This document shows, in pieces, positions 8,084-18,382 of a stretch of DNA of 64,000 nt. This stretch comes from Bacteroidales bacterium (lineage in GTDB: Bacteria > Bacteroidota > Bacteroidia > Bacteroidales > G3-4614): NCBI GenBank assembly GCA_017935575.1, contig JAGBHI010000003.1, positions 5,869 to 69,868 of the forward strand. Direction: 5' to 3'. Under the pieces are notes generated by a model. That model saw only the letters and a program-made list of their open reading frames with translations, was not told where the DNA came from and searched no databases. Numbering within the stretch: position 1 is the first letter of the stretch; the number at the start of each line of letters is the position of its first letter. The position numbers were made by a program, and so were the translations under genes.

Positions 8084-11000
8084 ATGCAAAAGAAATTCGC
8101 TGAATATAACAAATTCGATTTATCGGAAATAAATAAAGAGATTCTTGAAAAGTGGGATAACGAAGGCGTTTTTGCCAAAAGTTATGAACTTAGAGAGGGT
8201 GCTCCCTCATTTGTATTTTTTGAAGGTCCTCCTTCGGCAAATGGTATGCCCGGTATCCACCACGTAATGGCCCGTTCAATAAAGGACATTTTCTGCCGTT
8301 ACAAAACCATGAAAGGTTTTCAGGTTAAACGTAAAGCCGGTTGGGATACTCACGGCTTACCCGTTGAACTTGGTGTTGAGAAACTTTTAGGTATTACAAA
8401 AGAGGATATTGGTAAAACTATTTCGGTTGCAGAGTATAATGCTGCTTGCCGTAAAGAGGTTATGAAATATACTCGTGAGTGGGAAGATCTTACTCACAAA
8501 ATGGGTTATTGGGTTGATATGACCGACCCTTATATTACTTATGACAACCGTTATATTGAGACTCTTTGGTGGTTGCTAAAACAACTTTACAACAAAGGGT
8601 TGTTATACAAAGGCTACACTATTCAGCCCTACTCTCCTGCAGCTGGTACAGGTTTGAGTTCGCACGAGTTGAACCAACCAGGTTGTTACCGCGATGTTAA
8701 AGACACAACTGTTGTTTCGCAATTCAAGATGGTTAATCCCAAACCTGAGATGACAGAATGGGGAACTCCATACTTCCTCGCATGGACAACTACTCCTTGG
8801 ACATTGCCTTCAAACACTGCGCTTTGTGTTGGTAACAAAATTGATTACGTTGCTGTACAAACATATAATTCATATAGTGGCAAACCTATAACTGTTGTTC
8901 TTGCAAAGGCTCTTGTTGGTGCACACTTTAATCCTAAAGGTGCTGAGATTGCATTGGAAGACTACAAACAAGGTGATAAAGTTGTTCCCTACCGCATAAT
9001 TGCTGAGTATAAAGGTAGCGACCTTGTTGGTATGGAGTATGAGCAACTTATACCTTGGGTAAATCCCGGAGAGAATGCTTTCAGAGTTATTCCCGGAGAT
9101 TATGTTACTACTGAAGATGGTACAGGTATTGTTCATATTGCTCCTACTTTTGGTGCTGATGATGCTTTTGTTGCTAAAGCAGCAGGTATTCCTCCCTTGC
9201 AAATGATTAACAAAAAAGGAGAGACCCGACCAATGGTTGACCTTACAGGTAAATTCTATTTGATTGAGGAACTTGACGAGGAGTTTGTTGCAAAGAGTGT
9301 TAATGTTGAGCTATATAAAGAGTTTGCAGGTCGTTTTGTAAAGAACGCTTACGATGCAAACCTAACTGATAAAGATGAGACTTTGGACGTTGCTATTTGT
9401 ATGATGATGAAGGCTTCAGACAAAGCATTCAAAATTGAGAAGCACGTTCACAACTATCCTCACTGCTGGCGTACCGATAAGCCTGTATTGTACTATCCTT
9501 TGGATAGCTGGTTTATACGCTCTACCGCAAGCAAAGAGCGCATGAGCGAACTTAACAAAACCATTAATTGGAAACCTGAATCAACAGGAACAGGACGTTT
9601 TGGCAAGTGGTTGGAGAACTTGAACGATTGGAACTTATCTCGTAGCCGTTTCTGGGGTACTCCCCTACCTATTTGGCGTAGCGAAGAGGGTGAAGAGATT
9701 TGTATAGGTTCGGTTGAGGAGCTTTACAACGAAATTGAGAAATCGGTTGCTGCCGGTGTAATGACAGAGAACCCATACAAAAAATTGGGATTTGTCCCCG
9801 GCAACTATGCTATTGACAACTACAACAAGATTGATTTGCACCGTCCATATGTTGATGATATTGTGCTTGTATCAGAGAGTGGCAAACCAATGAAACGCGA
9901 AACTGACTTGATTGACGTTTGGTTTGATTCAGGTGCTATGCCTTATGCTCAAGTTCACTATCCTTTTGAGAATAAAGAGTTATTTGACGACCGTAAGATT
10001 TTCCCTGCTGACTTTATTGCAGAGGGTGTTGACCAAACTCGCGGTTGGTTCTTTACTTTACACGCAATAGGTACTATGGTATTTGATAACATAGCTTATA
10101 AGGCTGTTGTTTCAAATGGTCTTGTTCTTGACAAAAATGGCAATAAGATGTCAAAACGTCTTGGTAATGCTGTTGACCCATTTGGTGCTATTGAGAAGTA
10201 TGGTTCAGACCCATTGCGTTGGTATATGATTACAAACTCTTCACCTTGGGACAATCTTAAATTTGATGTTGAGGGTGTTGAAGAGGTTCGCCGTAAGTTC
10301 TTTGGTACTCTTTACAATACATACTCATTCTTTGCTCTTTATGCAAATGTTGACAACTTCTGTTACAGCGAAGAGGAGATTCCTGTAAATGAGCGTCCGG
10401 AGATTGACCAATGGATTATCTCATTATTGAACTCATTGATTAAAGAGGTTGATGAGCACTATAACAATTATGAGCCAACTCGTGCCGGACGTGCAATTTC
10501 TGACTTTGTAAATGACAACTTGAGTAACTGGTATGTTCGTCTAAATCGTAAACGTTTCTGGGGCGGAAGTATGAACAACGACAAACTTTCGGCATATCAG
10601 ACTCTTTACACTTGTCTTGAAACTATTGCGTCATTGATGGCTCCTATTTCACCATTCTTTGCCGACAAACTTTATACTGACTTAACTTCGGCTACAGGTC
10701 GCGACGACAAGTCGGTTCATCTAAGCCTATTCCCTTCTTGCAACGATGCACTTATTAACAAAGAGCTTGAGGAGAGAATGAAGATTGCTCAAGATATGAC
10801 CTCTATGATTTTGGCTCTTCGCAGAAAAGTAAATATTAAAGTAAGACAACCTCTTACTGCTATTATGGTTCCTGTTGTAAGCGAGGTTCAAAAAGCTCAA
10901 ATTGAAGCCGTAAAAGAGCTTGTTCTTAACGAGGTTAATGTTAAAGAGATTAAGTTTGTTGATGATACTGAGGGTATTTTGGTTAAGAGAGTTAAACCCG

Positions 11001-11506
11001 ACTTCAAGAAACTTGGCCCTCGCTATGGTAAGATTATGAAACAACTTGCCGCTGTAATAGCTTCAATGGAGCAACACGATATTGCACTATTTGAAAAGAA
11101 TGGCTCATTTACATTCAATATTGACGGAACAGAGGCTGTTGTTGTATTGAACGATGTAGAGATAATCTCTGAGGATATTCCCGGTTGGCTTGTTGCAAAC
11201 GAGGGCAACATAACTGTAGCTCTTGATATAACAGTAACTGAGGAGTTGAAACAAGAGGGTATTGCTCGCGAACTTGTAAACAGAATACAGAATATTCGTA
11301 AATCAGGAGGTCTTGAAATTACCGACAAGATTAACGTTGCTATTGAGAAAAACGTTGAGACAGACAAAGCTGTTGAGATATACGGAGACTATATAGCAAA
11401 ACAAGTATTGGCAAACAGCATCTCTGTTTCAGATAATATGCCTGCCGATGCTGTTGAACTTGATTTTGACGGATTTATGCTGAAAATATCAGTTATAAAA
11501 TGCTAA
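8084..11506 (+). CDS. ileS: Isoleucine--tRNA ligase (long, type-2 form)
   Basis: HIGH region (PSANGMPGIHHV), KMSKS loop (NKMSKRLGN) and a class Ia editing insertion. About 1140 aa, as in Bacteroidota. Start moved to ATG 8084 (MQKKFAEYNKF). Confidence 0.97.
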   Translation: MQKKFAEYNKFDLSEINKEILEKWDNEGVFAKSYELREGAPSFVFFEGPPSANGMPGIHHVMARSIKDIFCRYKTMKGFQVKRKAGWDTHGLPVELGVEKLLGITKEDIGKTISVAEYNAACRKEVMKYTREWEDLTHKMGYWVDMTDPYITYDNRYIETLWWLLKQLYNKGLLYKGYTIQPYSPAAGTGLSSHELNQPGCYRDVKDTTVVSQFKMVNPKPEMTEWGTPYFLAWTTTPWTLPSNTALCVGNKIDYVAVQTYNSYSGKPITVVLAKALVGAHFNPKGAEIALEDYKQGDKVVPYRIIAEYKGSDLVGMEYEQLIPWVNPGENAFRVIPGDYVTTEDGTGIVHIAPTFGADDAFVAKAAGIPPLQMINKKGETRPMVDLTGKFYLIEELDEEFVAKSVNVELYKEFAGRFVKNAYDANLTDKDETLDVAICMMMKASDKAFKIEKHVHNYPHCWRTDKPVLYYPLDSWFIRSTASKERMSELNKTINWKPESTGTGRFGKWLENLNDWNLSRSRFWGTPLPIWRSEEGEEICIGSVEELYNEIEKSVAAGVMTENPYKKLGFVPGNYAIDNYNKIDLHRPYVDDIVLVSESGKPMKRETDLIDVWFDSGAMPYAQVHYPFENKELFDDRKIFPADFIAEGVDQTRGWFFTLHAIGTMVFDNIAYKAVVSNGLVLDKNGNKMSKRLGNAVDPFGAIEKYGSDPLRWYMITNSSPWDNLKFDVEGVEEVRRKFFGTLYNTYSFFALYANVDNFCYSEEEIPVNERPEIDQWIISLLNSLIKEVDEHYNNYEPTRAGRAISDFVNDNLSNWYVRLNRKRFWGGSMNNDKLSAYQTLYTCLETIASLMAPISPFFADKLYTDLTSATGRDDKSVHLSLFPSCNDALINKELEERMKIAQDMTSMILALRRKVNIKVRQPLTAIMVPVVSEVQKAQIEAVKELVLNEVNVKEIKFVDDTEGILVKRVKPDFKKLGPRYGKIMKQLAAVIASMEQHDIALFEKNGSFTFNIDGTEAVVVLNDVEIISEDIPGWLVANEGNITVALDITVTEELKQEGIARELVNRIQNIRKSGGLEITDKINVAIEKNVETDKAVEIYGDYIAKQVLANSISVSDNMPADAVELDFDGFMLKISVIKC

Positions 11507-11561
11507 TATGATATATTGCTAACAATATAGGCAAACTATTGCATATATAAGTTTGATTAGT

Positions 11562-11569
11562 TATATTTG
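11562..11569 (+). promoter_or_regulatory. Putative -7 promoter box (TATATTTG)
   Basis: Exact TAnnTTTG, 83 nt upstream of ATG 11652. Confidence 0.3.
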
Positions 11570-11651
11570 TTGCAACAGAAAAAAGATGAATAAACCTTAT
11601 TCGCATTTTGATGTTATTGAGTAAGTAATAATTATTTAAATTTTAAAAGCT

Positions 11652-12023
11652 ATGAATGAGAAAACAAGATATTCAGATGAGGAACTTGAAGAGTTTAAAG
11701 TTCTTATAAAGGAGAAACTTGAAGACGCATACAAATATTACAATAGTCTAAAAGAGTCTATTGTGAATTCTGATGATACTTCAGACACATCTCCAACATT
11801 CAAAGTTTTGGAAGAGGGTGCTACTACTCTTAACAAAGAGGAGGCAGGACAACTTGCTCAACGCCAAATGAAGTTTATTCAACATCTTGAAGCAGCATTG
11901 ATAAGAATTGAGAATAAGACCTATGGCATTTGCCGTGAAACAGGAAAACTTATTCCTAAAGAGAGACTTCGTGCTGTTCCTCATGCAACGCTATCGGTTG
12001 ACGCTAAAAATAGTAGAAGATAA
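11652..12023 (+). CDS. DksA/TraR family transcriptional regulator (Cys-poor zinc-finger variant)
   Basis: 123 aa. Coiled-coil N-terminal part and a DksA-like C-terminus (KIENKTYGICRETGKLIPKERLRAVPHATLSV). It holds the ileS - dksA-like - lspA position common in Bacteroidota. Confidence 0.75.
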   Translation: MNEKTRYSDEELEEFKVLIKEKLEDAYKYYNSLKESIVNSDDTSDTSPTFKVLEEGATTLNKEEAGQLAQRQMKFIQHLEAALIRIENKTYGICRETGKLIPKERLRAVPHATLSVDAKNSRR

Positions 12024-12047
12024 AAAAACAATTCTGTTTAAATTTAT

Positions 12048-12083
12048 AAGAAGTGTATAACAAGCTATTGTTATACTCTTCTT
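12048..12083 (+). terminator. Intrinsic terminator after the dksA-like gene
   Basis: 16-bp stem with 1 mismatch (AAGAAGTGTATAACAA / TTGTTATACTCTTCTT), GCTA loop, then a T-run. Confidence 0.7.
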
Positions 12084-12133
12084 TTTTAAAAAGATATCGT
12101 TTTATTAGAAACGGTTAAAGATTAAGTCGGATT

Positions 12134-12790
12134 ATGCTAAATAAGGCTATTAAAAATAAAGGGTTACTCGCAAGTGCTGTTATTTTAGGAGTACTTATTA
12201 TTGACCAGATATCTAAGATTATTGTTAAAACAAATATGTATCTTGGCGAAGAGATTGAAATTTTCTCTTGGTTCAAAATTCTTTTTGTTGAAAACAATGG
12301 TATGGCTTTTGGTATGGAATTAGGCAGTAAACTCTTTTTGACTATATTTAGAATTGTTGCTGTTATTCTTATTGGATATTACATATATTATATAGTCAAG
12401 AGAGACAAGAATACTAAAACCGGATACTTGGTTTGTGTATCGCTAATTTTTGCAGGAGCTTTAGGGAATATCATTGATTGCCTTTTTTACGGTATTATAT
12501 TCAATGCGCCTTTCCCTCCTGAAACAGCGGTTCTTTTCCCTACCGAAGGAGGATATGCAAGTTTAATGTATGGACGCGTGGTTGATATGTTGTATTTTCC
12601 ACTGCTAAGTTTTTGGTGGCCAAATTGGATTCCATTCGTAGGGGGTGAATATTTTGAATTTTTCCGCCCTATATTCAACATTGCCGACTCTGCTATTACT
12701 ATAGGAATTGCTACAATTCTTATTTTTTACAGACAATCGCTCTCTGCTGATAAAGATAAAAAAATTGAAGAAGAATGCAAAGAAGAATAA
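12134..12790 (+). CDS. lspA: Lipoprotein signal peptidase II
   Basis: 218 aa, multi-TM. Conserved SPase II blocks are present (VENNGMAFG, GGALGNIIDC, FNIADSAI). Confidence 0.9.
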   Translation: MLNKAIKNKGLLASAVILGVLIIDQISKIIVKTNMYLGEEIEIFSWFKILFVENNGMAFGMELGSKLFLTIFRIVAVILIGYYIYYIVKRDKNTKTGYLVCVSLIFAGALGNIIDCLFYGIIFNAPFPPETAVLFPTEGGYASLMYGRVVDMLYFPLLSFWWPNWIPFVGGEYFEFFRPIFNIADSAITIGIATILIFYRQSLSADKDKKIEEECKEE

Positions 12791-13524
12791 TCATATCTGC
12801 AATAACTATTTTATGCCTGGTTTGTGGTTGCAATAAAGTTCCAAGAGACATTATTGCTCCTGAAATTATGGAAAATCTGCTAATTGATATTCATAAGGCT
12901 GAGGCATATATGGAAAACAATTATTCCCAATTTCAAACTACTGCTAAAAAGGACTCTGTAAAAGCATCTGTATATGCAAAACACAATGTTTCAAAAGCCG
13001 ACTTTGATACATCTGTTATATGGTATGGAGCAAACCTTGAAGAGTTTATTGAGATATATAACAAAGTTATAGAGAGACTTCAACAAGAGGATAATGGATT
13101 GTTAGCTCTTATGAATAATCAAACAGACGCATACACCGGTATCACACGTTCAGGTGATACTGTAAATATATGGAATATAAGTAATCACTACATCTTTGAA
13201 GGAAATCTTAATAACAATATTCTAACCTTTTCTGTTCCTCACGATGACAACTTTAAAGACGGAGACCTTTTTAAACTTAAATTTAAGATAGCCTCTTCTG
13301 ATAAGGGATTATATAATCCTACAGTTGTTTTGGCAACAAGAGAAGAACGAGATTCTACTCGATACGTAAAGAAGACTATCAAATCTTCAGGTTGGGACTC
13401 TGTTGAACTTAAATCAGAAAAGACAATAAGAATGGTTATGGGAAGTATCTTTATTCCTGCATCGCCCCAATGGAAAACCACATATATGGATAGCATCTCT
13501 CTTGAACGAATACATACCAAATAA
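12775..13524 (+). CDS. Lipoprotein of unknown function (DUF4296-like, by position after lspA)
   Basis: Lipobox LVCGC. Overlaps the lspA end by 16 nt. The family name is from memory of conserved synteny and was not searched. Confidence 0.55.
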   Translation: MQRRIIISAITILCLVCGCNKVPRDIIAPEIMENLLIDIHKAEAYMENNYSQFQTTAKKDSVKASVYAKHNVSKADFDTSVIWYGANLEEFIEIYNKVIERLQQEDNGLLALMNNQTDAYTGITRSGDTVNIWNISNHYIFEGNLNNNILTFSVPHDDNFKDGDLFKLKFKIASSDKGLYNPTVVLATREERDSTRYVKKTIKSSGWDSVELKSEKTIRMVMGSIFIPASPQWKTTYMDSISLERIHTK

Positions 13525-13530
13525 TAGAAA

Positions 13531-14352
13531 ATGATAAAGGGGTATTTAGGGAATATATGCTATGGCAAATCTCTTCTTAAAAACCATATTGTATTAATTA
13601 ATGAAGAGGGAAAGATTAAGGATATTCACCCTTTTACTCAAGAATGTGAAGGAATTATCTTTTGCGATAATTTGATTGTTATTGCAAAGTGTAATAAGGA
13701 CGATATAAAAAATATTACAGAAATTATTCAAGGAGAGTTTGACAAAAGTAATTCGTATAACGATTTCTTAGACTCGTTAACATACAAAAAGTATGCGACA
13801 TCTTCAAAGGAGAATGCGCATATTATTGAGATTGAAATTAAAGAGGACAAAGAATACGATGCCTATAAAATAGAGAGTACGCAACATAATAATGTAACAA
13901 AATCAAAATCATACAAACTTGTTTGCATACTTGCAAAAGTAATGGACAGATATTACATTGACCCCATTATAGGTATCATACCTATTGCTGGCGATATTAT
14001 TCCTCCTTTATGCTCTATCCCATCAATATATATTTCTGTTATAAAATTAAAATCAATACCTCTTACTCTTGCTATTATTCTTAATATTCTTATTGATACA
14101 CTTATTGGTATTATCCCCTTTTTTATAGGAAATATTTTAGACTTCTATAATAAAGCGTACATAAAAAATCTTAACCTTATTATAGGGTACGTAAACAATA
14201 ACAAACAGGTAATTAAAGAGGTTAATAAGAGAGCTATTCTATCAGCTTTGCTAATATTAGGTGTTACTATATTATTGATAGCTGCTATTATATTTACATC
14301 AAAGTTTGTGGTATTCTTGTGGGAATATTTTAATAATTTATTTAAACTATAA
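13531..14352 (+). CDS. Membrane protein with C-terminal DUF4112-like domain
   Basis: The C-terminal half (YYIDPIIGIIPIAGDIIPP...LIDTLIGIIPFFIGNILDFYNKAYIKN) matches the DUF4112 double (IG-IP-GD) pattern. The N-terminal ~130 aa is soluble and unassigned. Confidence 0.6.
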   Translation: MIKGYLGNICYGKSLLKNHIVLINEEGKIKDIHPFTQECEGIIFCDNLIVIAKCNKDDIKNITEIIQGEFDKSNSYNDFLDSLTYKKYATSSKENAHIIEIEIKEDKEYDAYKIESTQHNNVTKSKSYKLVCILAKVMDRYYIDPIIGIIPIAGDIIPPLCSIPSIYISVIKLKSIPLTLAIILNILIDTLIGIIPFFIGNILDFYNKAYIKNLNLIIGYVNNNKQVIKEVNKRAILSALLILGVTILLIAAIIFTSKFVVFLWEYFNNLFKL

Positions 14353-14387
14353 AAAATAGACATCTGGATTGTCCAAATGTCTATTTT
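14353..14387. terminator. Bidirectional terminator hairpin between convergent genes
   Basis: AAAATAGACAT / ATGTCTATTTT stem flanked by an A-run and a T-run. Sits between the stops at 14352 (+) and 14411 (-). Confidence 0.7.
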
Positions 14388-14410
14388 TTATACTATGATA
14401 TTTGTAGTTA

Positions 14411-15796
14411 TTAATCAAACGATTTTATTACGTCTATAATATCATCTGCTGTTTTTTCAGCCTCCTCCATTGTCTTTGCCTCGGCATATACTCTGACAAT
14501 AGGCTCTGTATTTGATTTGCGTAATTGAACCCAGCGATCGGGGAAATCTATTTTAATTCCGTCTATATCGTTTACATCAAACTCGGCATATTTAGCTTTT
14601 ACAGCTTCAAATATCTTATCAATATCCATTGTTGGTGTTAAATCAAGACGTTTTTTAGCAATTGAATATTGAGGATAGCCTGCTCGCAATTCGCTAACCT
14701 TTTTACCGCATTTTGCAAGATATGTAAGGAACAGAGCCACTCCCACAAGAGCATCACGGCCATAGTGTAACTCGGGATATATAACTCCTCCATTACCCTC
14801 TCCTCCTATTATTGCGTTTGTCTCTTTCATCTTGGTAACTACATTTACTTCTCCTACTGCAGCGGGAGAATAAGAGGCTCCCATAGCTTGTGTTACATCG
14901 CGTAAAGCACGAGATGAACTCATATTTGAAACCGTATTACCAAGTGTGTTTTGCAATACATAATCGGCACATGCAACAAGAGTATATTCTTCGCCAAACA
15001 TCTCTCCATCTTCACATATTATTGCCAAGCGGTCAACATCAGGGTCAACAACAAAACCAACATCTATCCCTCCTTTTTTCATAACTGATGATATTTCAGT
15101 AAGGTGTTGTGGTAACGGCTCTGGATTGTGGGGAAATTGTCCATTGGGAGTACAGAATAATTTCTCTACTTTTGTTACTCCTAATGCCTCTAACAATTGA
15201 GGTATTGCAACTCCTCCAACTGAATTTACACAATCAATAGCAACGCTGAAATTTGCCTTTTTTATTGCTTCAACATCAACAAGAGGAAGATTTAATACAG
15301 CCTCAATATGGCGAGCAGTATATGTATCGTTTACAATCTCTTTTCCTAAGCTATCAACATCAGCATATACAAACTCTTCGGCAGCCGCAATATCCAAAAC
15401 CTCTTTTCCTTCTGCTGCATTAAGAAACTCTCCTTTTTCATTTAAAAGTTTCAAAGCATTCCATTGTTTTGGGTTGTGGCTTGCTGTAAGGATTATTCCT
15501 CCACAAGCACCTTCCATAACAACTGCCATTTCGGTAGTGGGAGTTGTAGCCAAACCTATATTTACAACATCAAAGCCCATTCCGGTTAATGCTCCTGCGA
15601 CACAAGAATATACCATATCGCCCGATATACGAGCATCACGTCCTACTACAATTTTATTAGTAGTTACTTTGGTTGTTTTTCTAATAAATACAGCATAAGC
15701 CGATGTAAATTTTATTACATCTAACGGAGTTAAGCAATCACCCGGATTACCTCCGATAGTTCCTCTAATTCCTGAAATTGATTTAATTAGTGACAT
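14411..15796 (-). CDS. glmM: Phosphoglucosamine mutase
   Basis: 461 aa alpha-D-phosphohexomutase. Active-site TASHNP and metal loop (DPDVDR). Confidence 0.88.
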   Translation of the reverse strand: MSLIKSISGIRGTIGGNPGDCLTPLDVIKFTSAYAVFIRKTTKVTTNKIVVGRDARISGDMVYSCVAGALTGMGFDVVNIGLATTPTTEMAVVMEGACGGIILTASHNPKQWNALKLLNEKGEFLNAAEGKEVLDIAAAEEFVYADVDSLGKEIVNDTYTARHIEAVLNLPLVDVEAIKKANFSVAIDCVNSVGGVAIPQLLEALGVTKVEKLFCTPNGQFPHNPEPLPQHLTEISSVMKKGGIDVGFVVDPDVDRLAIICEDGEMFGEEYTLVACADYVLQNTLGNTVSNMSSSRALRDVTQAMGASYSPAAVGEVNVVTKMKETNAIIGGEGNGGVIYPELHYGRDALVGVALFLTYLAKCGKKVSELRAGYPQYSIAKKRLDLTPTMDIDKIFEAVKAKYAEFDVNDIDGIKIDFPDRWVQLRKSNTEPIVRVYAEAKTMEEAEKTADDIIDVIKSFD

Positions 15797-15822
15797 AACT
15801 GTTATTTTTATTTATCTTAGAT

Positions 15823-16458
15823 TTACTGTTTTGACAATGAATACTCAATATAATAAAGGTATGGGACTACCGATGATACAGACTCCGCAAATCCTACTTT
15901 TGAGGGGATTACACAATATACCTTTGCTCTATCTGAAAGATGTGGCAATGGATACTCTATTCCTAATCCGTATGTATAATACGGAGAGAGTGATACGCTA
16001 TAATTTGGTGAATAATCAAAGTAAAAATCATCAACATTTGTATAATAAAAGTTACCCGTACCTCCACTATTTACATCAAACATCTTTATAGTATATGGAT
16101 ATGCTGACCATGTATTAAGATTTATTCTTAGAAATCTAAAAATAACCCTCTCTCCTTCTTTTATCTTACGACCATTCCCTTTATCAATAACCTGCATATA
16201 CACACCATTTGGCAACTCATAAAATGGGACACTACTTGATATTTCATCTCTATTTCCCGATGCAGCTATTTGTGAAATATCAGAAGGTATAGCAGCTGTA
16301 TATCTCCCGCCTGATTCCAAAAATTTTTGTATTGATTCCTTCTCTTGCTCCAACATCTCGGCATATGTTTGAGTCTTTTTACAACTCACAAAAGAGAGCA
16401 TCAATGATAAAATTAAAAAGATATTAAGTATTTTAGATAGTCTTACTTTTTTATTCAT
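15823..16458 (-). CDS. Lipoprotein of unknown function (possibly DUF4827 family)
   Basis: Signal peptide plus lipobox (SFVSCKK). Sits between nrnA and glmM. The family name is recalled from Bacteroides synteny only. Confidence 0.55.
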   Translation of the reverse strand: MNKKVRLSKILNIFLILSLMLSFVSCKKTQTYAEMLEQEKESIQKFLESGGRYTAAIPSDISQIAASGNRDEISSSVPFYELPNGVYMQVIDKGNGRKIKEGERVIFRFLRINLNTWSAYPYTIKMFDVNSGGTGNFYYTNVDDFYFDYSPNYSVSLSPYYTYGLGIEYPLPHLSDRAKVYCVIPSKVGFAESVSSVVPYLYYIEYSLSKQ

Positions 16459-16469
16459 ATATATATGTT

Positions 16470-17504
16470 TTATTTTATATAGTTTTCAATATTCTCTTTA
16501 AATATTTTTACTGCATCTGACATTGTACCAAAAAATTCTCCTCCTGCAGCATTCTTATGTCCGCCCCCATTATATAATTCAGAGGCTATAGTATTTACTG
16601 CATAATCTCCTACTGAGCGTAATGATACTTTTACATAACCACTCTCCTCTCTAAAAAAAATAGATACATTCACCCCTTCAATACCAAGAGGCACGTTTAC
16701 CAAACCTTCAGTATCTCCTTTTTGATATGAATAATGGTTTAACTCTTTTCTTGAAAGATTTATAATTGCAACACCTTTATTACTAATTATCTCCATCTTC
16801 TCAGATATGGCATAGGAATTTAGCCTTAATTTATCGAGCGTTGAGGTGTTACAAACAATACGATATATCTCATCTTTGTTTATACCTTTTTGCAACAACT
16901 CTGATATAACAACATATATATCGGCATCGTTTGAGTTATACGAGAAGTTTCCTGTATCTGTCATCATTCCTGTATATACTGCCTCCGCTCCACTCTTATC
17001 AACATATTTAGTCAGATTTAGTTGATTAAGAATTTTATATACTAATAATGATGTTGATGAAATTTCAGGGTACGATATTACCAAATCACAAAAATCACTC
17101 GGATATATATGATGATCAATCATAACTTTATATGCCGATGATGAGAGTAAAACATCTTGCATCAAATCAACACGTTTACTTTCATTAAAATCTAAGCAGA
17201 ATATTGTATCGGCAAATGATATTATTGAGTTACACTCTTCTACCGCATTTTTATATATTTTTATCTCCTCAGCTCCTTTTAAAAAAGTTATTGATTTGGG
17301 AAGAGCATCAGGCATAATAAGTGTTACTCTCTTTTTGAGTGATTTAAGTACTCCTCCCAACGCAAGAGAAGAGCCTATTGCATCTCCATCAGGCGCAGTA
17401 TGTGCTACAATAACCACATTTTTACTCCTGGCTATTGCCTCTGTAAGTGTTTTACACTCTTGAGAGGATATTATATCTTTTAGTTTTGACTCTTTACAAT
17501 CCAT
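16470..17504 (-). CDS. nrnA: DHH family phosphoesterase (NrnA-like oligoribonuclease/pAp phosphatase)
   Basis: DHH motifs (HTAPDGDAIGS, DHH in MIDHHIY) and the DHHA1 GGGH motif (YNGGGHKNAAGG). The ORF-track start at 17546 is a TTG and contains a -7-like box, so ATG 17504 (MDCKESK) is preferred. Confidence 0.8.
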   Translation of the reverse strand: MDCKESKLKDIISSQECKTLTEAIARSKNVVIVAHTAPDGDAIGSSLALGGVLKSLKKRVTLIMPDALPKSITFLKGAEEIKIYKNAVEECNSIISFADTIFCLDFNESKRVDLMQDVLLSSSAYKVMIDHHIYPSDFCDLVISYPEISSTSLLVYKILNQLNLTKYVDKSGAEAVYTGMMTDTGNFSYNSNDADIYVVISELLQKGINKDEIYRIVCNTSTLDKLRLNSYAISEKMEIISNKGVAIINLSRKELNHYSYQKGDTEGLVNVPLGIEGVNVSIFFREESGYVKVSLRSVGDYAVNTIASELYNGGGHKNAAGGEFFGTMSDAVKIFKENIENYIK

Positions 17505-17512
17505 AGTTACTG

Positions 17513-17520
17513 CGAAGATA
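17513..17520 (-). promoter_or_regulatory. Putative -7 box variant TATCTTCG (part of recurring decamer TATCTTCGCA)
   Basis: The plus strand reads TGCGAAGATA at 17511-17520, 9 nt upstream of ATG 17504. The same decamer sits upstream of two other minus-strand genes. Confidence 0.35.
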
Positions 17521-17556
17521 CTACATTTTTGGCATAACCTTTTCAATTTTAATTAC

Positions 17557-17564
17557 TAATTTTG
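17557..17564 (+). promoter_or_regulatory. Putative -7 promoter box (TAATTTTG) for mazG
   Basis: Exact TAnnTTTG, 30 nt upstream of ATG 17594. Confidence 0.35.
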
Positions 17565-17593
17565 CGTATCTAACTTTTTTTAATGTATATAAG

Positions 17594-18382
17594 ATGAATA
17601 ATAGAAGAGAAGCTCAACTTAAAGCATTTGAAAGATTGCTTGATGTTATGGACGAACTCCGTGAAAAATGTCCTTGGGACAGAAAGCAAACCAACGAAAG
17701 TTTAAGAGCCAATACTATTGAAGAGACATACGAACTTTGCGAGGCTATAACTAATAATGATGAGATAAATATAAAGAAGGAGCTTGGCGATTTACTATTA
17801 CATATTGTCTTTTATGCAAAAATTGGTAGTGAGAAAGGTTCTTTTGATATTGCCGATGTTTGCAATGCTCTTTGCGACAAACTAATTTTCCGCCACCCTC
17901 ATGTATTTGGCGATGCAGTTGCCAATAGTGCAGGACAAGTTGAAAAGAGTTGGGAGGAGATTAAGCTAAGAGAGAAGGGCGGTAATAAAACTGTATTAGG
18001 AGGAGTACCCAATGCCCTACCCGCTTTGGTAAAGGCATACCGCATACAAGATAAAGCCCGTAATGTCGGGTTTGATTGGAAAAATAGAGATGATGTTTGG
18101 GATAAAGTCAGAGAAGAGATAAGTGAATTTGAAGCAGAGATTAAGTGTGGTGATGCCGATAAAATTGAGGCTGAATTTGGAGATTTAATATTCTCCCTTA
18201 TAAATGCAGGTCGTTTGTATAAAATCAACCCCGAGAATGCTCTTGAGAGAACAAACCAAAAATTTACCCGCCGTTTTAACTACGTTGAGAAGTGCTTAAC
18301 CGAACAGGGTAAATCTTTTAAAGAGAGTAACCTTGAGGAGATGGATTCTCTTTGGAATGAGGCGAAAAAGAAGGGACTTTAG
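17594..18382 (+). CDS. mazG: Nucleoside triphosphate pyrophosphohydrolase MazG
   Basis: 262 aa with tandem MazG domains (EETYELCEAI...ELGDLLLHIVFYA; REEISEFEAE...EFGDLIFSLIN). Confidence 0.9.
   Translation: MNNRREAQLKAFERLLDVMDELREKCPWDRKQTNESLRANTIEETYELCEAITNNDEINIKKELGDLLLHIVFYAKIGSEKGSFDIADVCNALCDKLIFRHPHVFGDAVANSAGQVEKSWEEIKLREKGGNKTVLGGVPNALPALVKAYRIQDKARNVGFDWKNRDDVWDKVREEISEFEAEIKCGDADKIEAEFGDLIFSLINAGRLYKINPENALERTNQKFTRRFNYVEKCLTEQGKSFKESNLEEMDSLWNEAKKKGL

Noticed and set aside
11586-11624. 12-codon uORF (MNKPYSHFDVIE) between ileS and the dksA-like gene as a possible leader peptide
   Set aside because: There is no run of regulatory codons, no associated alternative hairpins and no RBS-like context. 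Short ORFs of this size are expected by chance in AT-rich spacers.
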